DNA of 64,000 bases from Acidobacteriota bacterium (GTDB taxonomy: Bacteria; Acidobacteriota; UBA6911; RPQK01; JAJDTT01), in contig CBDCJH010000002.1 of the NCBI GenBank assembly GCA_965217775.1, positions 5,120,001-5,184,000 on the forward strand, written 5' to 3'. Positions 9,594-19,847 of this stretch are shown one piece after another. The translations under genes and the position numbers were made by a program. Numbering within the stretch: position 1 is the first letter of the stretch; the number at the start of each line of letters is the position of its first letter. The notes below the pieces were generated by a model. That model was given only the letters and a program-made list of their open reading frames with translations, did no database searches and was not told the DNA's origin.

Positions 9594-10568
9594 TCAGGGA
9601 GTCTGTGTCTGAGGGGTCTCTCCCACCTCCGGAAGGATGAACTGCTGCATCTCCTGATTCTGGAGTTCCTGAAGCGCCGCTTCCTTGGCCGCCTTTTGTT
9701 GCATCAGGTACTCACGCTGCTGCTCGATGAGTTCCTCGATGCCTTCCGTCTTCTTGTGAACGAAGGTGTAGAGTTGACTGAGTTGCTCCCGAGCGATCTG
9801 AGCCGTCATTCCCCCGGTGGCCACCGCGCGGGCATAGGCTTCGAGGGCCTTCTCCGCATTCCGCTTTCCGAGGTAGGCTCGCCCCATGCGCAGATAGGCT
9901 CGATCATGGTCCGGTTCCAGTTCGACCACCTTGGAGAAATGTTCGACGCAACTGTCCAGGTGCTGGGCCTTGGTCGAGCTGCTCTTCATGGACTGATGCA
10001 GATTCGACAGTCCCAGGGCGTAGTGGCCATCCGCCTCCAGCCGCTCTTTCTGGCGAGTCCATTCAACCAGGCTCAATTGTCCGGGCTGTTGCGCCGCCGT
10101 GGCGCCGTCCAGGCCCTGTTGAGCCCTGGCCAAGGCCTTCTGTATCTCGCCCCTTTCGGCGTATCCCACGGCCAGTTCGATCAGGAGGACGTAACTGGAG
10201 GGTAGCTCCGCGATCGCCTTCTCGCCGTGCTCCACAAACCTCTCGTATTCATTCTGCTGTTGGAAGAAGAGAGCCAAGAGCTGGTGAGCCAGCGGAGTGA
10301 GGCCGCTCTTCGGATGGTTCTCCAGGAAGTCCATGGCCAGTTCGGCCTTCGGCAGCAGCTCTTCGGTCTGATCGATGGCCGTCCAGGCGTCGTACTCTTC
10401 CTTGGTCTGGGCTTGTCCCACGACCCTGACTACCTCGGGTGGAGCCACCAGGGGTTCTTCTTCGTCCAGGAGGAGCCCTTCGTCTTGCTGTCCCGTGTTC
10501 TGAGCAGCCGCCCAGTCCCAGGTGGAGGACAAACCTAGGAGAGCAATAGTGGCGAGTACCTGTTTCAT
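9594..10568 (-). CDS. secreted TPR-repeat protein
   Basis: Signal peptide MKQVLATIALLGL; TPR pattern. Confidence 0.8.
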   Translation of the reverse strand: MKQVLATIALLGLSSTWDWAAAQNTGQQDEGLLLDEEEPLVAPPEVVRVVGQAQTKEEYDAWTAIDQTEELLPKAELAMDFLENHPKSGLTPLAHQLLALFFQQQNEYERFVEHGEKAIAELPSSYVLLIELAVGYAERGEIQKALARAQQGLDGATAAQQPGQLSLVEWTRQKERLEADGHYALGLSNLHQSMKSSSTKAQHLDSCVEHFSKVVELEPDHDRAYLRMGRAYLGKRNAEKALEAYARAVATGGMTAQIAREQLSQLYTFVHKKTEGIEELIEQQREYLMQQKAAKEAALQELQNQEMQQFILPEVGETPQTQTP

Positions 10569-10733
10569 TCTATTTTCTCCGATATCCATGAAAGGAAGGC
10601 CGCCCCGATCAGGCGGCTGGACAAGGGTCATTGTGGCACAAAAAGTCAGCGAAATCACGGAAGAGGAGGAGTGAGAAAAGAGACAAGAGGGAGAGAGAAG
10701 AGGTCGTGTTCTTGCGGCGGGAAAGAGAGCGCC

Positions 10734-12302
10734 TCACTCCTCCTGTCTTTCCGAACTCAGGGCTTCGATCAGTTCGGCGGCTTCTTTCCTGGCCCCCTTC
10801 AGATCTCCTTCCAGGCCCAGGACCTGCTGAAAGCGTTTCCGGGCCTCGGCCATGGAACCCTGGGAGGCCAGGATGCGGCCCATGCGGACCAGGGACAAGC
10901 CCCGGACCCACACGGGGGCGTTCGAATTGGAGACCCTCTCGTAGTACACGAACGCCCGCTGCAAGTCTCCCGTCTGAGACGAGATCTGAGCCATGTAGAA
11001 GAGACCGGTGGAGTTGCCCGGATCTTGCCGGAGGAGCTCTTCCAGGCGCTGCCCGGCCTCTTTAAACTGCTTCTGAGCCATCAGTTTTCCGGCCTCGTTG
11101 AGGAGCGAAATGATGAGGTTTTTCCGCTCCACCCGCTGCCGTTCGCGGTCTTGGGCTTCCTGGAGCTCCCTTGCTTCTTCCGCCAGCGATTCCTCCATGG
11201 CCGCGATGGCGGATTCCGCCTCCTTCAGGCTGTCCTCGTCCAGGTCCTGGAGGAGCAGTTCGGCGTAAGCTGGAAAAGAAAGCAGCCCGCTGCTCTCATA
11301 TTCGACCAAATGGCGGTAAAAGGATGGGAGGGCCACCAGTCCCTGTCGAAAAAACCCGACGATCTCCCGCCTGGGGTCGTCGGGCGGGTGCATCCTCAGA
11401 CTCAGGCTTTCGATCATCGATTCGGCCAGGACAAGCAGAATCCGGTCCCGGTACTCGGGCTTCAGCTGGGGCTGTTTGTTGGCCAGCCGCAAGAGATTCG
11501 AGTCCTCGTCCATCCGGGCCACGTACTTCTCGATCAGAGGATCGATGAGCACGTGGAGGTACTCGTGCTGGAGCGCGACGTAGTTCTCCGCAGGGTCGTC
11601 CGCGGGCCCCACGATGACGTAGTAGACCCGTTCCAGATTCCGTGCATTCACGGTGTCCTTGGCATTGAGGAGGTCCGGAATGAAGATGATGGTTCGATCC
11701 AGGACTCTGCGCGGACCGATGCGGAAGTAGCGGAGCGTCTGATGGATCAATTCTTCGAGCACGGGACGGTAACGTTCGACTTCGAGTTCGTAGCGCTTGA
11801 GGTAGCTGGGCCAGAGCTCGGCGACGCGGGCGGGAGCGTAGAGTTCCCGCACCAGATCGGCGAAGCCTCGCAAGGGAACGATGTCTGCCGGCAGGTGGTC
11901 GGTCTCTTCCGGGAAGGTCAGCTCCGGGACGTCCGACAGGAGCAGCGCCAGGGAGATGTAGTCGGCGCTCTCCCGGCCCTCGTCCCGATACCGGCGGTGG
12001 GATTTGTAGTACGTCTTCAGCCGAAGAATCAGATCGGGATCGACTCCCTCCAGTTGCTGCCGGACCGCCTGCCGCTCCTGCGATAGGGTTTTCCCGGATC
12101 TCTCGTAGTCGAAGCCGGCGGCGTTGAGCGCGGTCATGACGGCGAACACACGGGCGTCGTTCTTGAACGTGATGTTGACCAGATCTTCCAGTGCGAGCTG
12201 CGAATCCTCCGGTGCCGGTTGCGGATCCTCCGCAGGGGTCTCCTCACACCAGACCGGTGTCGAAAACAGCAGAAAGAATGTGAGAAATCGGATTGGCGTC
12301 AT
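10734..12302 (-). CDS. secreted protein with C-terminal TPR repeats
   Basis: Signal MTPIRFLTFFLLF; HEYLH motif; C-terminal TPRs. Confidence 0.75.
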   Translation of the reverse strand: MTPIRFLTFFLLFSTPVWCEETPAEDPQPAPEDSQLALEDLVNITFKNDARVFAVMTALNAAGFDYERSGKTLSQERQAVRQQLEGVDPDLILRLKTYYKSHRRYRDEGRESADYISLALLLSDVPELTFPEETDHLPADIVPLRGFADLVRELYAPARVAELWPSYLKRYELEVERYRPVLEELIHQTLRYFRIGPRRVLDRTIIFIPDLLNAKDTVNARNLERVYYVIVGPADDPAENYVALQHEYLHVLIDPLIEKYVARMDEDSNLLRLANKQPQLKPEYRDRILLVLAESMIESLSLRMHPPDDPRREIVGFFRQGLVALPSFYRHLVEYESSGLLSFPAYAELLLQDLDEDSLKEAESAIAAMEESLAEEARELQEAQDRERQRVERKNLIISLLNEAGKLMAQKQFKEAGQRLEELLRQDPGNSTGLFYMAQISSQTGDLQRAFVYYERVSNSNAPVWVRGLSLVRMGRILASQGSMAEARKRFQQVLGLEGDLKGARKEAAELIEALSSERQEE

Positions 12303-12379
12303 CGTCCGCAGACCATCGTAATGCAGAAGTCGAGGAGTGAGAAGTGAGGAGATAGGAGAAAGAGGGAGCGTCGAGGCGG

Positions 12380-13378
12380 TCAGGGTCGGCGGGCGAAGTG
12401 ATCGAAGCCGTGGGCCGGATCCGTCTCCATGCTCTCGCCCGCGTCCGCCTGGCGGAGGAAGCCGAGGTGGCGCCATGCGGGCAAGTGCTCCGGGTATTCG
12501 GTCCGAAAGCGTTCCAACCGGTCGCCGGGAATCGCGGCCAGGAGAGCGTAGTCCTCTCCGCCGGCCAGTGCGCCCTCTCTGGAGATGGAGGCGGTCAACC
12601 CGGGTTCGAGCGGGATCCTGGGACCGGGCTCGAAGCGCAGACGGCTGTCGCCGGCCAGGCGCTGGAGGTCGATGGTCAATCCGTCGCTCACGTCGATCAT
12701 GGCGCTGGCAAAGCCGTTGCGGCGAAGCCAGTCTCCCGCCTGGATCTGCGGGGCGGGAAGGAAATGGGCTTTCAGACAGCGCCAGCGGAAGGAATCGCCG
12801 GCCCAGGCGGCCAACTCCTCCTCCTTCCGGATGTCCGCCAGCTCCGTCGGGTCCTCGCGCTCCAGGAGATTCAATCCGGCCGCGGAGAGGCCGACGTCTC
12901 CCACCAGAACGATGGCGTCACCCTCGGCGGCCGTGGACCGGTACACGGGTTCTCCAACTTCCACGTGGCCCCAGACGGTGACACCGGCGTGGACGGAGGA
13001 ACCCCGGGAAAGGTCTCCCCCCACCAGAGGGATCTTCCAACGCCGGACCTCCTCCAGAAAGCCGTCCATGAACGAGCGAAAGAAGCCGCCGGTCAGATCA
13101 GGTGGAAGAGTCAGGGTGAGCAGACAGGCGGACGGCAGAGCCCCCATGGCCGCCAGATCGCTCAGATTGACCAGCAACGCCTTGCGCCCCAGGAAGTAGG
13201 GATTCATCCAGCGCCGCCGGAAGTGAACTCCTTCCACCAGGACGTCGGTGCTCACCACCAGCCGGGATTGCAGTGCGGGATCCAAGACGGCGCAATCGTC
13301 TCCCACGCCCTTGAGGACGAAGGGAGACTCATCCTGTTTCTGATTCCGAATCCAACGGATCAACTCAGATTCGGTCAT
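12380..13378 (-). CDS. thiL: thiamine-monophosphate kinase
   Basis: GVGDDCAV, EGVHF, NLSDLAAMGA, GGDLS, DVSDGL, GGEDYAL. Confidence 0.97.
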   Translation of the reverse strand: MTESELIRWIRNQKQDESPFVLKGVGDDCAVLDPALQSRLVVSTDVLVEGVHFRRRWMNPYFLGRKALLVNLSDLAAMGALPSACLLTLTLPPDLTGGFFRSFMDGFLEEVRRWKIPLVGGDLSRGSSVHAGVTVWGHVEVGEPVYRSTAAEGDAIVLVGDVGLSAAGLNLLEREDPTELADIRKEEELAAWAGDSFRWRCLKAHFLPAPQIQAGDWLRRNGFASAMIDVSDGLTIDLQRLAGDSRLRFEPGPRIPLEPGLTASISREGALAGGEDYALLAAIPGDRLERFRTEYPEHLPAWRHLGFLRQADAGESMETDPAHGFDHFARRP

Positions 13379-13469
13379 GGCAAGCTCTCCAGAGGTCCGC
13401 GGTGCTGACGTTGGGATTATATTGGTTCCTTAATCTCGAATTCTTGTGCAAATTGACGAACAATATCCG

Positions 13470-13495
13470 GTAGGGGCGCCCCTTGTGGGCGCCCT
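13470..13495 (+). repeat. GTAG-type REP
   Basis: GTAGGGGCGCCCCTTGTGGGCGCCCT. Confidence 0.7.
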
Positions 13496-13651
13496 CTTCG
13501 GTCCAAAGCGGAGCAAGACGGGGCCAGACGAAGAGTCGGCGGCTGGGGGCCAGGTGACCCCTCTGGTGACTGGCCTGGGAATGAACAGGATGCGAGCTAC
13601 ACTTGAATCCTCGCCGGTCGCTGCGATCGTTCCCCGTGGAGGAGCCTATCG

Positions 13652-14023
13652 ATGACCAATCCCATACCCCCAACCTTCACGCTCGGCGGTGAAGAATATG
13701 CCGTCGTCCCGCGCGCTGAATACGAGGCGTTGCGAAATGCCGTTGACGAGGACGCCATGGACGCCGCAATCCTTCAGCGTTTTCTGGAAGAGCCCGATCA
13801 AGAAGTCATCCCTTTCGAACTGGTCCGGCGCATTGTGAGCGGAGACCACCCGGTGCGGGTTTGGCGCGAATATCGGGGGATGAAGGCGAGTGAGCTAGCT
13901 GCGGCTGCCGGGATCGTGGCCTCCTACCTTTCGAATATCGAGACGGGGAAGAAGACGGGTTCAGTCAAAGCCATGAAGCGCATCGCCGACGCGCTCGATG
14001 TCACCGTGGATGATCTCCTCTAA
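13652..14023 (+). CDS. XRE-family HTH protein (HigA-like antitoxin; cognate toxin deleted)
   Basis: GEEYAVVPRAEYEAL; VRVWREYRGM...LA...GI..SYLSNIETGKK. Confidence 0.85.
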   Translation: MTNPIPPTFTLGGEEYAVVPRAEYEALRNAVDEDAMDAAILQRFLEEPDQEVIPFELVRRIVSGDHPVRVWREYRGMKASELAAAAGIVASYLSNIETGKKTGSVKAMKRIADALDVTVDDLL

Positions 14024-14181
14024 CAGCCCGTGGCAAAAGTCGTCACGGCATTCGACCGTCCCTGCATCCCGGCGGACTGCGTTGCGACTCGGTCACATAC
14101 TCCCGGTATGCTCCCTCATCGCGCCTTGTCCGGCGGGCGCAGGAACGGTCTCGGTGCTCGCGAGACTTTCACCACGGGCTG
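14024..14181 (-). mobile_element. 158-bp MITE, copy 1 (target duplication CTAA)
   Basis: Inverted termini CAGCCCGTGGCAAAAGTC / GACTTTCACCACGGGCTG; CTAA at 14020-14023 and 14182-14185; homologous to 31463 and 62902. Confidence 0.9.
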
Positions 14182-14400
14182 CTAAGAGTATCTCGGAATT
14201 CGTGCGCAGTTTGTGGGTTTCTGGTCCCCACTACATCCTCCTCTCCACCCGCCAGCGACTGCGCGCCCAGAGGCAGTGAACCTTCAAGGGCTTTGACGCT
14301 GGTGTTCAGACGGCGTAGAAGTTCTGGTCCCGGTTATGCTGGGTTGGGAGGCCCCCCGGGCTTCACGAGATCATTGGGGAAGTGGAGGAAATGAAAGCCT

Positions 14401-15054
14401 ATGGGAGAATGTGTCGTTGCCTGTGCCATGAAGAAGGAGTCCAGGATCCTTCAGGACCGGTTGGAGACCAGGTGCACCCACCTGGTGACCGGCCTGGGAA
14501 TGAACAGAACGCGAGCTACGCTTGAATCCTACCTCCGGGCGCAGCGCCCCTCGATACTGGTCTTTACCGGCACCGCAGGGCAGTTGGATCCCGGGTTGAA
14601 GATGGGCGACGTCGTCTTCCCGAGGCGCTGGTGTCTGCAAACGGGAGGATGCTTCGAATCGGATCCGGCACTGGTGGCCTTCCTCAGGAAGCACCGGGTA
14701 CGAATCTCCGGCGCCGGAGTCACGGTCCGAGTTCCGGTCATCAAGAAGCAGGATCGGGAACGCTTGCATCGGAGTCAGGGCGCTTCCATCTGCGACATGG
14801 AGAGCGCCGCGGTTCTGGAGGTCGCCCGGGTCCACGGAGTGCCCGCCGTGGCTCCCAAAGTCGTTTCCGACACGGCGGAGACGGGAATCCTGGGATTTCG
14901 GAGGGAATTCGAAGCCAACCTGATTCGGCTGAGCCACTATTTGGACGGCCTGCTCCGGATCGCCACCGAGTTCAATCCGGATGCCGGCGGAGATGAAAGA
15001 AGGTTTCCCGATTCCCCTTCCGGCCCCGGACCGGGGAGGGATACTCCGCCTTAA
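14401..15054 (+). CDS. nucleoside phosphorylase / MTA-SAH nucleosidase family protein (HpnG-like)
   Basis: VTGLG, FTGTAGQLDPGLKMGDVV, CDMESAAV, KVVSD. Confidence 0.8.
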   Translation: MGECVVACAMKKESRILQDRLETRCTHLVTGLGMNRTRATLESYLRAQRPSILVFTGTAGQLDPGLKMGDVVFPRRWCLQTGGCFESDPALVAFLRKHRVRISGAGVTVRVPVIKKQDRERLHRSQGASICDMESAAVLEVARVHGVPAVAPKVVSDTAETGILGFRREFEANLIRLSHYLDGLLRIATEFNPDAGGDERRFPDSPSGPGPGRDTPP

Positions 15055-15709
15055 GCTGATATTCGGAGGAGGAAACGAAGTCTTTGAAGCGGTTCAGGAT
15101 CTCGCGCCGTTTCTCCGGACTCCGGATCACGCCGCCCGCCTCGACTTCGCCTTGGAAAGCTTCGAACTGGGGCTTGACCAGAAGCAGGAGCTCCAGTTCC
15201 GGAAAGAGCTCCAAGCGGGGGAGAATGAGGCGGAGTGAAATGAAGGACAGGTCTGCCGTTGCCAGTTCCGGCGATCGAGGCAGATGGCCGGGGGACAGGA
15301 AGCGGGCGTTGATTCCTTCCAGGACCACCACCCGGGGATCCTGCCTCAGCTTCCACTCCAACTGACCCTTGCCCACATCCAGGGCGAGCACTTCCCGGGC
15401 TCCGTGCTGGAGCAGGCAGTCGGTAAAACCGCCCGTCGAGGCGCCCAGGTCCAGGCAGACGCGGTTCCGGACCCGGACCTGAAGGGCGGCCAGCGCGGCC
15501 TCCAACTTGAAGCCGCCCCGGGACACGTAACGGGGTGGAGCATTCCGCAATTGGATCCGTTCTCCGGCCGCCACCAGCGTCCCGGGTTTGTCCAGCCGTT
15601 GCTCGCCCAGGAAGACCCGGCCGCTCAGGACCAGAGCGACAGCCGTTCTGACATCGGGCGTCATGCCTCTGGACACGAGCAGCTCGTCGAGTCGGATTTT
15701 TCTCGTCAT
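14972..15709 (-). CDS. tlyA: TlyA family rRNA methyltransferase
   Basis: S4 domain RLDELL, YVSRGGFKL, DLGASTGGFTD, DLSFISL, KPQFE. Confidence 0.95.
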   Translation of the reverse strand: MTRKIRLDELLVSRGMTPDVRTAVALVLSGRVFLGEQRLDKPGTLVAAGERIQLRNAPPRYVSRGGFKLEAALAALQVRVRNRVCLDLGASTGGFTDCLLQHGAREVLALDVGKGQLEWKLRQDPRVVVLEGINARFLSPGHLPRSPELATADLSFISLRLILPRLELFPELELLLLVKPQFEAFQGEVEAGGVIRSPEKRREILNRFKDFVSSSEYQLKAEYPSPVRGRKGNRETFFHLRRHPD

Positions 15710-15755
15710 GCGCTGAGCGACCCGGTGAGAAACGCGGAGTGGCCCCAGTTCGCTG

Positions 15756-16682
15756 TCAATAGCGCCGGCTTGAGATGAAGGCCGCGATTCCAATCAGCAT
15801 CCTGGCCCTGGAGCCCAGGAAGGAGACTTCCCGCGTCGCCTGATGCATCAGGCGATCCGCAATCTCATGGCTCCGGGGGACCCCCAGCAGGGCGGGGTAG
15901 GTGGCCTTCTCCAACAGGACGTCCTTTTGGGAGCCCTTCCCCAATTCCTCTTGGGAGCCTTCCACATCCAGAAGGTCGTCCACGATCTGAAAGCAGAGAC
16001 CGACCTGCCGGGCGTAGCAACTCAAGCTCTGACGGGCGCTGCGGGGGGCTCCGCAGAGGAGGGCGGCGGTCGTGACGGAGGCCTCGATCAGGGCTCCGGT
16101 CTTGCAAGAGTGGATGTACCGGACCTCCTCTTCCGTATAGGCCTTGCCCTGTGAGACCAGATCCATGACCTGGCCGCCGATCAGGCCGGTGGCGGTGCCG
16201 ATGGATCGGCACAGATGGGTGATGACTTGCAATCTTACCGAATCCGGAACTGCTGCTCCCGGCAGCTCCGCCAAGAGTCGGAAGGCCAGGGTCATCAGGC
16301 CGTTCCCGGCCAGAATCGCGATTCCCTCCCCGAACTTCCTGTGGGCCGTGGGAAGCCCCCGGCGGTAGTCGTCGTCGTCCATGGCGGGAAGGTCGTCGTG
16401 GATCAGGGAGTAGGTGTGGATCAGCTCCAGGGCGCAAGCCAGTTGCAAAGAGGTTTCTGCGTCCCCGTCCAAGGCTTCCGCCGTGGCCAGAGCGAGAGCC
16501 GGACGAACCCGCTTGCCCCCGGCGAAGAGGCTGTAGCGCATGGCCTCGTGGACGACCTTGGGATAGGTGTCCGGAGGCGGCATCAGGTTCTCCAGCTTGC
16601 CGTCGACCCTTCGCTGCTGCAGCCGGAGATAGGTCTTGACCTCCGCCGAGTCCGCCTCGGCTGCCGCCGGGCGCGGCATCAC
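15756..16682 (-). CDS. ispA: farnesyl/geranyl diphosphate synthase
   Basis: GGKRVRP, HDDLPAMDDDDYRRG, FQIVDDLLD. Confidence 0.95.
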   Translation of the reverse strand: MMPRPAAAEADSAEVKTYLRLQQRRVDGKLENLMPPPDTYPKVVHEAMRYSLFAGGKRVRPALALATAEALDGDAETSLQLACALELIHTYSLIHDDLPAMDDDDYRRGLPTAHRKFGEGIAILAGNGLMTLAFRLLAELPGAAVPDSVRLQVITHLCRSIGTATGLIGGQVMDLVSQGKAYTEEEVRYIHSCKTGALIEASVTTAALLCGAPRSARQSLSCYARQVGLCFQIVDDLLDVEGSQEELGKGSQKDVLLEKATYPALLGVPRSHEIADRLMHQATREVSFLGSRARMLIGIAAFISSRRY

Positions 16683-16918
16683 TCCTCCTTCTGCCCGGAG
16701 AGTTGGAAGGGACCCGTTTCCAGCTCACCCTCCTGGTTCCTGGTCAAGATTTCCACTTTGCGCTCCGCCTCCTTCAAGACACGCGCACAGTAACGGGAGA
16801 CCTGAACTCCCTCCTCGAAGAGCTTCAGAGCCTCTTCCAACGAGAGGTCTCCCTCCTCCAGGTCTCCGACGATCTTTTCCAAGCGGGACAGCGCCCCTTC
16901 GAATTCCCTATATTTCAC
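16679..16918 (-). CDS. xseB: exodeoxyribonuclease VII small subunit
   Basis: FEGALSRLEKIV..LE.G.LSLEEAL..FEEG. Confidence 0.95.
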   Translation of the reverse strand: MKYREFEGALSRLEKIVGDLEEGDLSLEEALKLFEEGVQVSRYCARVLKEAERKVEILTRNQEGELETGPFQLSGQKEE

Positions 16919-18212
16919 GTTCGTCCTCGCGTCTGGCCATGAAGCTGCCGCGTCCGGTTCGGACCCGAACCAGCTCGTGATCGGAAACCTGGGCGGCTTC
17001 TCGAACCACCTGCCCGCTGCCGGTCGTGATTATAGCGTAGCCTCGTTCCAGGACCGCCAGCGGTGAGTAGGCCTGAAGGCGTCCCGCGGTTTTCCCCAGT
17101 CGGTGCTTCAACTCCTTCAGGTAAAGGTCCATCCGATGTCCGAGGGCGATGGTCGATTGCTCCAGCCGGGTCGCGATGGGCGCCAGGAAAGCGGGGAGCG
17201 CCTTGTGGAATCTCCCGTGGAGCTCGTCGAGGCGTTGCAGGAAAAATTTGAGACGAGTCTCGGCGTCCACGAATCCGCGGCTGGCGGTGAGTGTACGCAG
17301 CCGCTCCTGTTTTCTGTGGAGAACCAGCGACATGGCCTGCAGGGCACGTTTCTCCAGATGCGCCGTCCGTTGAACCAGTTCCTCCCGGGCCGCGGAGACG
17401 GTTTCAGCCGCGGCGGACGGGGTTGCCGCCCTCACGTCGGCGACGAAGTCCGCGATGGTGAAGTCGGTCTCGTGACCGACGGCCGAGATCACCGGGACGC
17501 GAGATTCGAAAATGGTTCTGGCCAGGGCCTCGTCGTTGAATGCCCACAGGTCTTCCGTCGATCCTCCTCCGCGCGCGATGATGATGGCGTCCACGTCACC
17601 ACGCCGGGCCAGCTCCCGGATGCCTTCGGCGATTTGCGGGGGGGCCGTGGGTCCCTGGACCGTGGCCGGGTAGATCAGGACGCCGACCCGGTCGTTCCGC
17701 TCCTGGAGGACCCGGAGAATGTCCCGCACGGCCGCGCCGCTGGGGGAAGTCACCACCCCGACCTTGGCGGGAAACAACGGGAGCTTCAGCTTGTGGGCGG
17801 GGTCGAACAGACTCTCCTTGGAGAGCCGCTCCTTGAGTTGTTCGAAAGCCACCTGGAGCGCGCCGCGGCCCAATGGCTCCAGGTGACTCACCATCAGTTG
17901 GACCTGTCCTCTCGGCGCATAGACCGAGATCGAACCCCGGGCCAGAAGCTCCATGCCGTCCTCGGGCAGAAACTTCAAATAGCGGCGCCGCATCCGGAAA
18001 CAGACGGCCGGGATCTGCGCCGCCGAGTCCTTGAGGGTGAAGTAGAGGTGGCCGGACGGGGGAATTCGCAGGTTGGAGACCTCGCCCTGGACCCAGACGT
18101 CGCGGAATCCGGTCTCCAATCGGGACTTGATCTGATAGACGATCTGCGAAACGGACAGGATCCGGCGTTCTCCCAACTGTCCGAACTTCCCCATCATGTC
18201 GAGCTGCTTCAT
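16908..18212 (-). CDS. xseA: exodeoxyribonuclease VII large subunit
   Basis: GEVSN..SGHLYFTLKD, RGGGS.EDLWAFN, SAVGHETD, P..VLERGYA. Confidence 0.97.
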   Translation of the reverse strand: MKQLDMMGKFGQLGERRILSVSQIVYQIKSRLETGFRDVWVQGEVSNLRIPPSGHLYFTLKDSAAQIPAVCFRMRRRYLKFLPEDGMELLARGSISVYAPRGQVQLMVSHLEPLGRGALQVAFEQLKERLSKESLFDPAHKLKLPLFPAKVGVVTSPSGAAVRDILRVLQERNDRVGVLIYPATVQGPTAPPQIAEGIRELARRGDVDAIIIARGGGSTEDLWAFNDEALARTIFESRVPVISAVGHETDFTIADFVADVRAATPSAAAETVSAAREELVQRTAHLEKRALQAMSLVLHRKQERLRTLTASRGFVDAETRLKFFLQRLDELHGRFHKALPAFLAPIATRLEQSTIALGHRMDLYLKELKHRLGKTAGRLQAYSPLAVLERGYAIITTGSGQVVREAAQVSDHELVRVRTGRGSFMARREDEREI

Positions 18213-18386
18213 CGGAATTCCGAGCTGTTCCTGAACACTAGCACCCCGCCGGCTTCCCATTTAAGGCGAATGCAGTGTCTTTGTCATTCGCGTCCGGCGG
18301 GCCGACTCGGAACTGATGGTAGAGATTCCTCCGACGCTCTGAGGGTAATAAAGGACGGCGAGTCATAACTGTCGCCACCCTCTACA

Positions 18387-19325
18387 TCAGACTGAGTTCC
18401 ACGACGAATCGAGGGTGATCGTTTTGGATGTCATGGCCTTCATGGTGAAGATTAGAACCAGAATATTGTAGGTCGTGTCGAACGCCTCAGCGACGCACTC
18501 ATGCGGCACATTATTCCTGTCGAGGAATGGGATCAAGACAGGTCGAGTCATCCTGCAACCGATTGGCAACACTGGCCAAAGGAAATGATCGGGGGTAATC
18601 GTGGTGTCGTTGGGTAGACCAAACTGAGTAATGAAGGAGGGTGATGCCTCAATGCGCCGAACCGAGGCCCACATTGCGTTATCTCCAAATCCATCAGTCT
18701 CAACGGGATTCAGGACATAGACGACGCACGCGCTGTGGTTGGTCCGGGCGTATTCTCGGATTGAGGCATAGATGGAGGCCCCGAACTTCTTCGCAAGGCC
18801 GATCGGGGTTTTGATTCCTAATTCGCAGTCTGCAGCGTGGTCCGAAAAGGTGTTTCCCTTGAAGATCGCAAAGCGGGCGAAATTATTCGCCTCGCGCTCG
18901 AACTGATCTGTGATCTCCGGTGCAAGGGTCTTACGACAATCTTGGAAGAACCGGAACAACTTGCGATGCGTTGGCATCTCATGATGGGCAATTTCATGGA
19001 GTTTCAAGAAAGTCTGTTTAGCAAGTACGACACTGCCGTCGACGTGGATGAGTTTTTCACCGGCATCGTACAGGGCCAATACTTTGGCAATCGCTGACTT
19101 GATAAGGGCCCCCGTTCTGGTCGCCTTATCGTTGACATAGGAGAGAAGGGCGCGGCGATCAAAAGCGCTGGTGGGCGCAACCTGAACCTTGGCAGCCGCA
19201 AGAATGTCAGCTATGGGGATCGGGTATTTGTTCCAAGCATCGGCTCGGTCGAGGAGCCTTCTTGATCGCTCCTCGACCGCGCGCAGGTCTCCGGGATCAA
19301 GGCTGCTGTCGTCAGGTTTTATCAC
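18387..19325 (-). CDS. ImmA/IrrE-family metallopeptidase (CapP-like)
   Basis: HEIAHH (HExxH) and EREANNFA; overlaps the HTH gene. Confidence 0.85.
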   Translation of the reverse strand: MIKPDDSSLDPGDLRAVEERSRRLLDRADAWNKYPIPIADILAAAKVQVAPTSAFDRRALLSYVNDKATRTGALIKSAIAKVLALYDAGEKLIHVDGSVVLAKQTFLKLHEIAHHEMPTHRKLFRFFQDCRKTLAPEITDQFEREANNFARFAIFKGNTFSDHAADCELGIKTPIGLAKKFGASIYASIREYARTNHSACVVYVLNPVETDGFGDNAMWASVRRIEASPSFITQFGLPNDTTITPDHFLWPVLPIGCRMTRPVLIPFLDRNNVPHECVAEAFDTTYNILVLIFTMKAMTSKTITLDSSWNSV

Positions 19326-19677
19326 GGGGTAATTTCCTGTGAGATCGAAGGAATTGGAGATACCGTATCAATTCAGATTCTTCCTCAGATGTCAGTTGAT
19401 GCTCGGAAAAAGCCGCAACTCTGCCACGTCTTTCTTCGCTCCGTTTGGTTACTGCCGCGACGTATCCAGCCAGTTCCATGAGCCTTTCGAAGCTGATGCC
19501 GTAGGTCTCCGCCAGTGCATACAGGATATTGGGCGAAGGCTTCTGGATTCGGTCATTCTCAATCTGGCTGAGATAGGCGTTTGATACTCGCCTATTCGTT
19601 GCATCTTCGACCGCGCGCAGTGTCATTTTTCGGTCTGTCCGAATCGATATGAGATATTCTCCCAGCGTTGTCTCCAT
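19312..19677 (-). CDS. XRE-family HTH repressor (CapH-like)
   Basis: LGEYL..IR....MTLR.VE......VSNAYLSQIEND. Confidence 0.88.
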   Translation of the reverse strand: METTLGEYLISIRTDRKMTLRAVEDATNRRVSNAYLSQIENDRIQKPSPNILYALAETYGISFERLMELAGYVAAVTKRSEERRGRVAAFSEHQLTSEEESELIRYLQFLRSHRKLPRDKT

Positions 19678-19758
19678 GACCCCCCTTTCGATGGCTTCCT
19701 TGGTCAAGCGGACGTTTCTTCTCTAAACATCTTGGCGTCACCCTTCAGGAAAAATCAA

Positions 19759-19805
19759 GCGTGCGTATTTTTTGCTTGACATACTTAGCATGCGTATCTT
19801 AATAT
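19759..19805 (+). promoter_or_regulatory. putative sigma70 promoter/operator of the Ubl operon
   Basis: TTGACA at 19776-19781, TAATAT at 19800-19805; TGCGTAT direct repeats at 19762 and 19791. Confidence 0.55.
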
Positions 19806-19847
19806 GCAGATGACGGCGGGACGCGGTGTCCCGCAGAGCGAAGATCA

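Noticed and set aside
14186-14280. IS1380 transposase tail remnant
   Set aside because: Similarity too weak to support by eye.
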